A stretch of 63,393 bases of DNA, filler included, from Licmophora abbreviata (taxonomy: Eukaryota): NCBI GenBank assembly GCA_900291995.1. It is 14 parts of 14 records of this genome, joined end to end, with 100 filler letters (N's around TTAATTAATTAA, not from the genome) between each part and the next. Parts side by side here need not be neighbours in the genome. Positions count along the whole stretch, not along the records: positions 22,704 to 28,347 come from OLMU01004606.1; positions 28,448 to 29,508 come from OLMU01004608.1; positions 29,609 to 31,584 come from OLMU01004609.1; positions 31,685 to 38,356 come from OLMU01004610.1; 10 more parts are not named here. The stretch is one strand, 5' to 3'. How positions within the stretch are numbered: position 1 is the first letter of the stretch; the number at the start of each line of letters is the position of its first letter. The notes below the pieces were generated by a model. It did not search any database. It had not been told where the DNA came from and worked only from the letters and a program-made list of their open reading frames with translations. This document shows, piece by piece, positions 22,704 through 32,776 of the stretch. The position numbers and the translations under genes were made by a program.

Positions 22704-24806
22704 CGCTTTTACCTGATCTTCTAGGGTTTCTGCAGCGTTGGCTTTCGCTGCCTCCTTCTTTTTAGCTGCATTGAGTCGGTTTGACAGCAGTATTTCCTTG
22801 CGCTCGTGCTCATCCCTCGCCAAACGAAGTTTCTCTAGTTCAGCTTCCAAGCTCGTCTTCTCGGAAGTCTTTAAGGATAGCGCGGCGTTCGCTTTCTCAA
22901 GCTCGAGTTCCACATTGGCCTTTGCGGAAAGTTGTTCATTTTGTCTCTTGGCTAGCTCTTCAGCCTGTCTCGCCCGATTCTCCGCCTCCGCCCGTACACT
23001 CATTTGTTCCTGCAGCGAAGTCTGCAATTCCACCAGCATGACATCTTTTTCTGTGTCACCGGACGACTCAATGGACGCTGGTTCAGGTGGAACTGCCACT
23101 ATGGTATCTTTGGGCATAATAAGGGTACTTTCTCTCTGGTGAGTCGAAGTGCTTTTCTCTGAATGAGCTGACGTTGCAAGATCGACCGCCTCCTGTTCAT
23201 ATGTCACGTTTTTTTGTTCACTCTGTTCAACTCTTACGGGCGCGTCCTCTTCAAACAACACATCGTCATTCGCAGCGGCGGATTCGTCTGATACCTGAGC
23301 CTCTGAGCTTTCCTTGATCGCACCTACCAAAGCCCCTTGTTCTACCGTTTCTGTTAGAGTTGTCGTTCCCCCGAGAGATTCGTCGGACATGGGGCTGAGT
23401 GACCCTGTAGCAACATCCCCAGAAGAAGGTATCGCCTGCAGCAAGTTGCGATCCGTGTTAGTTTGAAGAACTGAAACGCTGCTTTCCTCCGCCGCCATGT
23501 GCTCCTCTACCACCCCCAAGTCTTCCCCGAAACTCTCATTGACTGCTGGAACGCTTCCTTTCGACTCCTGCGGCGGAGATTCCATTCCCAGCAGGTCGTC
23601 GTGACCCATCTTTGAGGCGCCGCTGTCGGCGGTTTCTGCAGACTTCTCCTCTGGCGAAGACATGGCCACCAGGTCATCTGTATTTCCGGGAGCCGCACCA
23701 ACGGACTGTGTCGCCTCGGACGACATTCCCAACATCAGAAGATCATCATCGAGACCTGTGTTGGGGGCGTGAGCAGCAGCAGCAATGGATTCTACATCTG
23801 CGACTTCCTCAGGCAGCGACGACACGCCCAATAGTAAGCTACTGTCGTCGCCTTCCTTGCCATTCGTACCGACGACGGTTTCCACAAGTGCTGCTGCTGC
23901 CGTCGTCTCTTGCGGAGGCATCACTCCCAGTAAGTCGGCATCCTTCGCATCAGTAGTTGAAGCCAAACCATTGGTAGAAGTGTTTTCGACCACAATGATA
24001 GACTCCACCGAGGCGGCGGCATGACCATTGCCCTCTGATTCTTCCTCCACGTGAGCAGTATCCCCAGGATGACTGGCTGATGGCACTGGTACGTTCGTCG
24101 CTAATTCATCATTTCCATCAGTGGGCAGTGTTCCGCGTAAGGCCATCACGTCCTTCTCCTGCTCCTCGTCAATAACGTCATTGGTGTTGACTTCAAATAT
24201 GACCCGATCATCACCTTCTGCTTGTTGTTCTATTGACGTGCCAGCCAACGACGCAGCACCGACAGACATAGTTTCTTCAGCCGCCATAGATTCTTTTACA
24301 CTCTCTAGAGTATCGCCATCTTCGTTTTCTTTCGCTGTTGCTGCACCTACGGCTTCAGTCTCGTCATCATCCTGATCATCCATCTCCGATGACTCGACTA
24401 GAATCGCTGGTGTCGTGTCGGTGACTTCCACCACCACCACTTCATCACCGTCAGAGCCTAAACCGTCCACGGGAGCAGGTTGGTTGGATACTGCAGACTT
24501 CGTACTTCTATCTAGGGTACCAACAGTCGTCGAGGCTGTTGTTTCAGCAGGAGGTGAATCACTGCTTCCAAAACTATCCAACCAGTCTGGACGAGCGTCG
24601 CCGCCATTTGTAGTATCATTTGGAGCAACGCTACTCGGCAAGGACTGCTGTTGTTGTACATCATTGCCAATGGCGATCGCTGTAGTGCTTCTATTGGAAT
24701 CTGCGGATGTCCCCTGTTGTGAGGGTGGCGACGACGCCACTGCTGTCGCTACATGTTTCAAGATTTGGGATCGCCGTGCGGCCAATTGGTCCGCAAATGA
24801 ATTCAT
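22704..24806 (-). CDS. Long acidic disordered protein with coiled coil (golgin/adaptor-like), 3' truncated by linker
   Basis: Open frame from MNSFADQLAARR to the gap; D/E-rich body; heptad-rich end (LVELQTSLQEQM...LEAELEKLR...LEDQVK). Confidence 0.7.
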
Positions 24807-25052
24807 CGAGAGGAGCAGAGGTGCTACAACGAAGCGAAGTGAGAACAAAGATACCAAAGATGGAGGAAGACAGCGCTGCAACACTTCTCTCTTTGCGATG
24901 AGGAGAGGGATGCGTTGTGTTTTTGAAACATCGAAAATTGAAAATGGCAATAGGAAGGGTGTTCGTAGACCACGAACCCTCGTCAAACGCGCTTTCTGAA
25001 CCACACACACAAAGACGCGGACACACGACACAACGACGCCCTTTTCTTCACT

Positions 25053-25948
25053 ATGTTTCTTCCCAGCAGCGCAGAGACTTCTCAACAACAGGAGGTCATC
25101 AAACGCAAAGCCTATTCAAGAGTGGAAGAATGGTCGAAAGAATTGATTCCGGAAGGCCTTCGATCGGACGTTCACATAAGCGTCCAAGAGGTTCAATGTG
25201 GGGACCCGAACTGCTCGCCGGTTGATACTTCAGGTACAATACCGGCATAGAAAGAGTAGAGCAGTAGTGAATACTGCCGCAAACCTTCCTTTTTCTTGCG
25301 ACTCACGAAGATTATGTATCCTTTCTCTTGCTCTCTCTCTCTCTCTCTCGCCTTCTTCTAATTTTGCTAGTGACCATTTTGTTCAACAGGTACGTTGCCG
25401 TAGTATATATACTAATGGGGACATTTGAACGTTGGAACAGCTTTGAAAGGTCAACCCCTGGGCACAGTCCAGGGGTGAATTGACGGGGCCTGTGATTCTC
25501 TGCTCACAAATGTTCTCTCTCTCTCTCTCTTTACAGCGGTGGCCGCGGCATGCTCGGCATTCCCATGGAAGCGAATGACGTGACTACCGAAGAACTTGAG
25601 CACGTCTTTCCTCCACCCAACATTCTAGAACAGTGGCACCAGGGAAACGACGCAGAATGGCCTCCTTCCACAGAAGCAGCTTTTGACATGCCTACTTTGC
25701 GCTTTGCCGTTGGAACGCGTGTCATGTGTCGCGTGGGGGCCGATCTCCTCACGGGATGGGCACCCGGAGTTGTCACCCAATTGTGGTACCGAGAACGTAC
25801 TTGGCCGGAAGGGTCGTGGGCGCCGTATAAAGTTCAATTGGACGATGGAAGGGATATCTTTGCGCCGGGTGACATGGATGCTATTATAAAGCAGCATCCG
25901 GGTGATGCGAGCACTGGTGATGCTGCAGCTGCGGAGGTGGCAGAGTAA
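25053..25948 (+). CDS. Hypothetical protein: CGDPNC-motif domain + SH3-like 'LRFxVG...W..G...PY' domain (exons 25053-25233, 25371-25389, 25537-25948)
   Basis: Two GT-AG introns with (CT)n pyrimidine tracts. The 19-nt middle exon gives the in-frame join PVDTS-VTILFNS-GGRGMLGIP. Confidence 0.75.
25331..25349 (+). repeat. (CT)n microsatellite serving as intron polypyrimidine tract (second copy ~25515-25530)
   Basis: ctctctct... runs just upstream of the acceptors ending at 25370 and 25536. Confidence 0.8.
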
Positions 25949-26596
25949 TCGTAGTACCTGGTAAACAAGAGTAGGAGGATGGGGGCGGTGCAGTGGTGGT
26001 AGTGGTGGATCTGATCAAAAAGTAATAGTTGGTGGCGATGTAATTAGAAGACATTGGTTGGAAGGAAGAGAGATGGAGCTGCTATCACTTTTCGATGGTG
26101 TTCTTGTCGTTCCGTCTCGACCTTTGCGCTTATATATCGTGTTCTGGACGAGCTTTTGAAGATCGTAACAAAGTCAGTGGATTACTCTTCACTATTGCTG
26201 TTGGAGTACGCTTCTGCCTAGTGACTGTAGGCCTTACACTTTGTCTGCAGTACTCGGAGTAGACTAGTTGTTGAACAGTCAGTCCCATCGCGGCCATTTT
26301 TGATCGGCGTCGCGCGTTGTTTTGCGTTTCCCGCCAAAACCCGAGTCGGGGTTGCGCGCTGTTCTGTTCCAGTACAAAGCCACGTAGAAAAAAGCGTAGA
26401 CATGTATTTCGTATACCTATGTCTGAAGCATCCGTAATAGACCTTTTGAAACGCGAGCCAACATGAAACAAAGTAGAGACCAACGCCGCCGCCACCGCTT
26501 TGCAACAGAAGAACGCACAACACACCATGCCATCCGCGGACGCAACAATTCATTTGTGCACACTGAGGGTGACGTGACTTCACGAACAAAACAGCC

Positions 26597-27967
26597 ATGT
26601 CGTTTGACAGTCCTACTAGTCCACAAGAGGAGTGGGACTCTGCTCGTCAGCGTCACTTCCGATTGGAACAGAAGAAAGTCGCCCTCCACCGTCGCCGTGC
26701 CAACTTGCAGCAGCGTATGCACGAATTTCTCGATCATGAAGTTCAGCTCGGCAGCTCCAATCACATCCCGGTTGAGGCTCCAACTGACCACGTCGAAGAT
26801 ATAGAGTGGGCCGACAAGGAGAGTGGCCTCAATGGATTCTACTCCGGACCCGTCAATGCCGACCGGCAGCCACACGGACCCGCAGGCGTGCTTCGATACC
26901 ACGCCAGCCGCGATGCGTTGATGTCGTCTCAGGAAGTTGAACAGAGTCTTCCTGATGATTCAGACAAATCATCCGGTTCGTTTGATCTGGACCAATCGGA
27001 ACGATCGTACACGGGCGACTGGTGCAACGGCCGGAAACATGGAAAGGGACTCGAGAATTGGCCTGGAATCGCGTGCTACGAGGGCGAGTACTCTCTTGGT
27101 CAGAGACATGGGCGCGGTGAGCTTCGTTGGGAGAATGGACAAATGTATGAAGGTGAATGGAAACAGGATAGTCGCGATGGACGAGGAGTACACACGTGGC
27201 CTGACAAGCGCAAGTACGTAGGCCAGTGGGAAAATGGACATATTCACGGGACGGGCGTTTTCTATTGGCCGGACGGATGTCAGTACGAAGGAATGAGTCG
27301 ACGAGGAAAGAAACACGGAAGAGGAATGCAGATATGGCCAAGCGGTAAGACGTACAACGGTATGTGGAGTGATGGAAAGAGGCACGGTGACGGTGTCCTC
27401 TCGCTCCCGGGAGGGAGAACGTATCGAGGTGAATTCGTGGCCGACCGCAAGGAAGGTCGTGGTACGCAAGTGTGGCCTTGCGGAGCAAAATATGATGGTC
27501 AGTGGCATCACAACAGATGTCATGGTCAAGGGACAAGAACATGGCGGGACGGTAGCGTGTATAACGGTCAGTGGGCAAACGGCAAGTTCAGTGGCACCGG
27601 TGTTTACACTTGGCCAAGTCAGAAATCATACGACGGAGCCTGGTACGAAGGAAAGAAGCATGGCAAAGGCACATACCGATGGCCAAGTGGAAAGGTGTTC
27701 AAAGGTGAATATCGGCACGGAGAAAAGAACGGATACGGCGTTTGCACCTGGCCGGACGGCCTGAAGTACTGTGGACATTGGAAACACGGGTTGCGGCACG
27801 GCCAAGGGATCGAGATTAAGCCGGACGGTTCGACGGCACATTGTGGCCTCTGGCGACGGAACAACCCTGTTTTCGGTTGCAGAGACGGCAGCCCTGGGCA
27901 AATTGACGGCGAGCAGACAGAAGAGAATATTTACCATATCAACACCGTCTTCGAAGAAAAGTCATGA
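26597..27967 (+). CDS. MORN-repeat protein
   Basis: More than ten 23-aa units of the form YxGxWxxGxxHGxGxxxWPDG. Confidence 0.95.
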   Translation: MSFDSPTSPQEEWDSARQRHFRLEQKKVALHRRRANLQQRMHEFLDHEVQLGSSNHIPVEAPTDHVEDIEWADKESGLNGFYSGPVNADRQPHGPAGVLRYHASRDALMSSQEVEQSLPDDSDKSSGSFDLDQSERSYTGDWCNGRKHGKGLENWPGIACYEGEYSLGQRHGRGELRWENGQMYEGEWKQDSRDGRGVHTWPDKRKYVGQWENGHIHGTGVFYWPDGCQYEGMSRRGKKHGRGMQIWPSGKTYNGMWSDGKRHGDGVLSLPGGRTYRGEFVADRKEGRGTQVWPCGAKYDGQWHHNRCHGQGTRTWRDGSVYNGQWANGKFSGTGVYTWPSQKSYDGAWYEGKKHGKGTYRWPSGKVFKGEYRHGEKNGYGVCTWPDGLKYCGHWKHGLRHGQGIEIKPDGSTAHCGLWRRNNPVFGCRDGSPGQIDGEQTEENIYHINTVFEEKS

Positions 27968-28084
27968 ACATGTATCCACTATATTTTGGGCATCAAGCGC
28001 GGAAAGCTGTAGTGTATAGTCTGGAAGTAAGTATCTGTATTGGGCGTCGAGCAAATACCATCTCCTCGTCAAGTACGGATGATA

Positions 28085-28347
28085 CTATAGATCAGGGATC
28101 TGGATCACTGGTGAATTCAAAAGCTCAGGAAACTTGGTAACAATGGTCGCCAGGATCACAATCATCATGCTGAAAATCCCAATCCAATTCTGTTTGTAGG
28201 GCGCAAATACTTCTGTCCAAAGCTTTTCTTTGGGAATCTCCCCCTCCATAGCCTGTAGAGATCAGAAACGACCGTCAATCTTGAGAGAGAAAGAACGACA
28301 TGCGAAGATCAGTCTTTGCCAGCGTGAGGATTTACCTTGCGATTCTT
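28085..28347 (-). CDS. 3' end of a gene encoding a C-terminally membrane-anchored protein (exons 28347-28336, 28252-28085), absent from the ORF track
   Basis: KNRK|GTAAAT...CTACAG|AMEGEIPKEKLWTEVFAPYKQNWIGIFSMMIVILATIVTKFPELLNSPVIQIPDL*; 83-nt phase-0 intron. Confidence 0.65.
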
Positions 28348-28542
28348 NNNNNNNNNNNNNNNNNNNNNNNNNNNNNNNNNNNNNNNNNNNNTTAATTAAT
28401 TAANNNNNNNNNNNNNNNNNNNNNNNNNNNNNNNNNNNNNNNNNNNNTTTCTACGAAATGTTCTCTCTAGCAAGAGCCTAGGCTCAGTTTCATTACAAGC
28501 TCAGCACAGAGTGCTGTGGATAATCGGGCTAAAACACCTGCT

Positions 28543-29508
28543 TCATTCACTGCTCGTGTTAGCTTTTTCACTCGCCAAGCGTTCCGCAAAGTACGCCTCA
28601 ACTATATCCGCCTGTGTACTTCCATCCAGCCCGTTGAAGCCCAAGGGTATACACGCCTTCGACAATGCCTCTTCAACGACGCGCTGTGCTCCCCCATTCA
28701 CCATAGCGACTCGACGTCTCATATTTCCAGTCAGAAAGCCCTTGAGAAGTCCATAGGCGAACTTGTGCCATCGCGGTCGATCGAAGAACATGACAAGTTT
28801 AGTCTTCAGAGGAGTTACGCTAATCATGAACTCGTCTAGCCTCATACCCAATTCGAGTGGAAGCATTGTCATAAAGGACCAGAATCGCAAGAATGCAATG
28901 TTATTGGCAAACACCATGCCGTTTCGTTGCGCTCGATCGTCAAAGACAAAGAAATGTGAAAACCAGACGAAGAGAGCCAGAATGTCGCGTGGGGGCATGG
29001 TATGAATAGTTTTCATGTCAACGGCAGCCAAATCGAGCCACCACACCAGTCGATTACAGGGATCTACCGTGACTCGCATGGAAAAGGCGTTCCATGCGGT
29101 TTGAATTGCCCTGGGTGACACATCAATTTCGCCATTGTACTGGTCGGCAGCAGTCTGCATCCACGATGCATACTTTTCGAGTCTTCGAAAGGCTTTTGAT
29201 ACATTGATCCGTTCGTGTCTTCCATTCACACCACCGCGACACTTGTAGTTACTATCTTTGTGATTTTTGCCCTTGTAGTAGGTGTTTCGATCTTTCGCAC
29301 CGTCCGCAGCAGACCAGTGGACGAAAGCATAGTACAGATCGTCCAGAGTCTTTCCAAACTCATTCACTGGCGAGTGATGAAACTGCCATTGTTTTCCATC
29401 CTTTGTTTCTAATGCGGCTTGCGATACCATTTCCTTCAATGCCAGAAGTGCCTCCTCGTCGGTATCGACAATGACATCTCCTTTCTGCGTCTTACCACCG
29501 GCGGACCC
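28543..29508 (-). CDS. CRAL-TRIO/Sec14-like lipid-binding protein, 5' truncated
   Basis: Frame is open to the linker. INVSKAFRRLEKYASW, RLVWWLDL, AQRNGMVF and PRWHKFAYGLLKGFLTGNMRRRV follow the CRAL-TRIO pattern. Confidence 0.6.
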   Translation of the reverse strand, partial: GSAGGKTQKGDVIVDTDEEALLALKEMVSQAALETKDGKQWQFHHSPVNEFGKTLDDLYYAFVHWSAADGAKDRNTYYKGKNHKDSNYKCRGGVNGRHERINVSKAFRRLEKYASWMQTAADQYNGEIDVSPRAIQTAWNAFSMRVTVDPCNRLVWWLDLAAVDMKTIHTMPPRDILALFVWFSHFFVFDDRAQRNGMVFANNIAFLRFWSFMTMLPLELGMRLDEFMISVTPLKTKLVMFFDRPRWHKFAYGLLKGFLTGNMRRRVAMVNGGAQRVVEEALSKACIPLGFNGLDGSTQADIVEAYFAERLASEKANTSSE

Positions 29509-29796
29509 NNNNNNNNNNNNNNNNNNNNNNNNNNNNNNNNNNNNNNNNNNNNTTAATTAATTAANNNNNNNNNNNNNNNNNNNNNNNNNNNNNNNNNNNN
29601 NNNNNNNNGAGAGTGCATCGATGATGAATGTGATGGAGATGTGTGTCGTGAAGCGATCTCCCGCGTGATCGCGCGCTAACATTGATGTGAGAGTGTCACA
29701 ACGCGCACCTTCCAAACGACACAAACGCAGGGGAATTTTCGAATCAAAAAGCTACAGGCAGCATGAGGAGCAACCTCTATCTCTATTGTTGCCACT

Positions 29797-31393
29797 CTAC
29801 TCTACACAACTGACACTCGCCATCGGAAGCAGAGACGAGAGCGGTCGCGGCTTACGCAGTCGTTGTTGCTTGTAGCGGGAGTAAGACAGAAACCCCCCAA
29901 ACGAGAGCATGATTCCAAACATTCCGACCCACGTAATGGGTATCCCGAATGCAATCGAGGTTACAACGACGGCAAAGATACGTCGTATGCAATTGAGCGC
30001 CGCGTGGTGGACTACTGAGATTCGAGTGAGAATATATGTCGAGGCCAAACTAAAAAAAATATAGACAACAACGAAACGGTGATCAGGCACGACTCTTTGC
30101 AATTACACGAACGGCAATTCCAGAGATTCGCACCTCGTTCACACTAGCACATGCACTCACTTGTAGCTTGCAAAGGCGACCCCATTCACGACAGACAACT
30201 GGATGTAACGGAATATAACTCCACTCCGAAATATACCCTCCGTTCGAGACAGAGTCCATACGCTCGACACAATTCCTGGAAAATCCCAAAGTAGAACAGG
30301 CAGGCATAAAACAAGTACACCCACCTGCTGCATTCGAAACTGGAGATTCATGTCATCGACAGTACCTGACTGTGGCGACGCCTGAAACAGTTTCTGGTAA
30401 AGTCCCCGAAACGAGAAACACAAATTGGACGCCATGACCATGCAGCAACTCTTGAACGATTCCAAAACCGCGCTGCTGCACCAGACGGCAACACAACCAC
30501 CCAGAAGTAAGTCAAAAGAATACAAAAGGGGAGGAGCTGCGCAGGTCGTCCACACAACGGCAACACCACCAACACTCGTCGTACCTTGCTCCACTTTCAG
30601 CCTCACTTGTTGACAATGTCGATAAGAGGCATCCCGTCACGATGACTCCCAGGGACACCATTTCTTCAGGTCCAAGCCATTCAATGCCCCACATCACCGC
30701 AATTGCAGCAGAAGTAATGGGCTCTGCGGCCTTGATTGTCTCCACGAACGCAGGAGACGAACGTCGAAACGACACGTTGGTGAGTAGGAATCCAAAGCAA
30801 AACGCCAGTCCTGCCATGAACAGTTTCGCCTGGGGTGTCTGAAATCGTGATGAGGAAGTCGTGGAATGTCGATGGCTCAGCCGGGATCTGGTCGAGGCAT
30901 TGGCAGACGGCCAGTCTTGCAGTCCTGCAGACCCGAAGGCTCTAAAATGCAACAGCAGGCGCAACATGCAAGTCCCCAAGCCAAATTGCTGCAGCGTCAG
31001 AAAGAGTGGCGGCACATTTCCAATCATCCGTGTCCATGAAGACTGCGATGATTCCTCCGTCAAGAGTAATTTGGACGTGGATATCGAGACGACCCCGAGC
31101 GTGTACCACAACGCAACAGCCAAGACGAGCGAGTACGCCTGAGACGCATTCTGGATCCATCGTACGTAGAATCGACGCGCAAAACTGGCATTTCTCGACT
31201 TTTTTGTGTTTGGTACGCTGAGTGTAGGCGTGGATCTCACTCGGATGGGTCGCTTCTTGACTGCCCCACTGTTGTCAGACTGCGATGAGAAGGATGGACG
31301 GGAGAGAGCAACGGGGAGGGATTTTGGGCTGGAGAGATCGCGTTCTGCCGCCCAGCCATTTGAGTTTTCCCTGGAATACTCTCCTCGCCTCAT
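29797..31393 (-). CDS. Triose-phosphate/nucleotide-sugar transporter family (TPT/EamA) protein (introns 30476-30584, 30050-30160)
   Basis: PLFLTLQQF, TNVSF...FVETIKAAEPITS, MASNLCFSFRGLYQK, spliced SYN-LASTYILTRISVVHHAALNCIRR. First acceptor is a tandem CAGCAG. Confidence 0.88.
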
Positions 31394-31892
31394 GGTAGTC
31401 AGAGATGCAACAATGTCGTCTCTTGAGGTACGAATCTGGACTGCGTGTGCATTGCCATGCTGTCATGCTGTGGTCTGTCGATGAGTACCTGGAGTAGTGT
31501 CTTTCGACGTCACGGCGACGACGACGAGAAAGCAAAGTCATAAACCGTCGCCGGCCAGACTTAAGAGGAATCAGGAGTCTGATGNNNNNNNNNNNNNNNN
31601 NNNNNNNNNNNNNNNNNNNNNNNNNNNNTTAATTAATTAANNNNNNNNNNNNNNNNNNNNNNNNNNNNNNNNNNNNNNNNNNNNTTGAAGTTCAACACTC
31701 GCACTGACGTATGGTGAACAACGTGTATTCTACGAGGCCCTTTGGTATGAGACGTCATGTGGGACATGACGAATGCGTTTTCGCGCCACATCCTCCCAAA
31801 AATGCCTTCCAGCCATCGGCAAATTTTGCAGTCTCCATTCTCTCCTCGCATTCTTCCACTTGGCTCACAACAGAATAATAAGAAGTTCCACC

Positions 31893-32375
31893 ATGAATGC
31901 TCTTGCTCGCTCCGCCACTCTTGCCCGCACTGTTCCCAGGTAAGCAAGATGGAAGACAAGGAGTCGATGAATACATTTTGAAAGAATAGCAAAGAAAGCG
32001 ATGCTGTAGAGTGGCGCTGATGGAGGAAGAAGCGTGTGCCAAGCAAACAAAAGCATTTCTCGCCGAAACATCAGAAATGAACGCAGTCGATGTTCGAACC
32101 TTCCTATCGACTCACTCACACTGATTTTAATGTATGCTTGCCTCTTCTATTCATTATTCTCGTTCAGAGCCGCGACTCAGACGCGCATGAACTCTGGCTT
32201 TGCTCAGTTCCGCAAGGACTGGCTGGGAGATGCTGGAACCTACCCCACCATTGCGATTCTCGGAATTGCCATTGTGGGCTGCTCGTCCAAGGGACTGCAC
32301 TACCTTTCTACGCACCCAGATGCTCGTATCACCTCGGCCAAGCGCGGCACGATTGTTCGTACGTGGGGTGCCTAA
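31893..32375 (+). CDS. NDUFA4/COXFA4 (B12D-like) cytochrome c oxidase accessory subunit (exons 31893-31939, 32168-32375)
   Basis: WLGDAGTYPTIAILGIAIVG...YLSTHPDARI motif. Upstream exon MNALARSATLARTVP joins in frame through a GTAAGC...CAG intron and looks like a mitochondrial presequence. Confidence 0.75.
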
Positions 32376-32627
32376 ACAGAACATGCGGTTTCGGATGTGA
32401 CAGACGGAGAGCACGGAAGGAGTTCGTGCATTACTGTGCTGGCACAATGTATGCGATTAGAGGAAAGAGACCAAGACGAAACTAACCATAGGTTGTCAAG
32501 TTAAAGCTCTTCGCCAGTCGATAACCTGCCTGTACGTGGACTTCATAGATCTTCGAAAGGTTTGCTTCCTAGAATGGTAAATTCTACGCTGGATCATTAT
32601 ACAGTGTCAAAGGGGTTTTCTCTATGT

Positions 32628-32710
32628 CCGATGTGATGCGTAGGGCTTGATAGCATTTTTAAGTCAGTCTGAATGAAGGGTGTCTTGCTCTGTTTCTTCC
32701 TTCTGATCGG
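32628..32710 (+). ncRNA. Candidate box C/D snoRNA
   Basis: CCGA-T-GTGATGC ... internal CTGA ... CTGA-TCGG: 4-bp terminal stem, near-consensus C box, D' and D boxes, 83 nt, intergenic. No target identified. Confidence 0.25.
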
Positions 32711-32776
32711 TTGTAGCTCGTCTACTATGGACGGGAAAAGCCCGTAGCTGGTAGTAGCTGTGTGGAAGAATAAATG

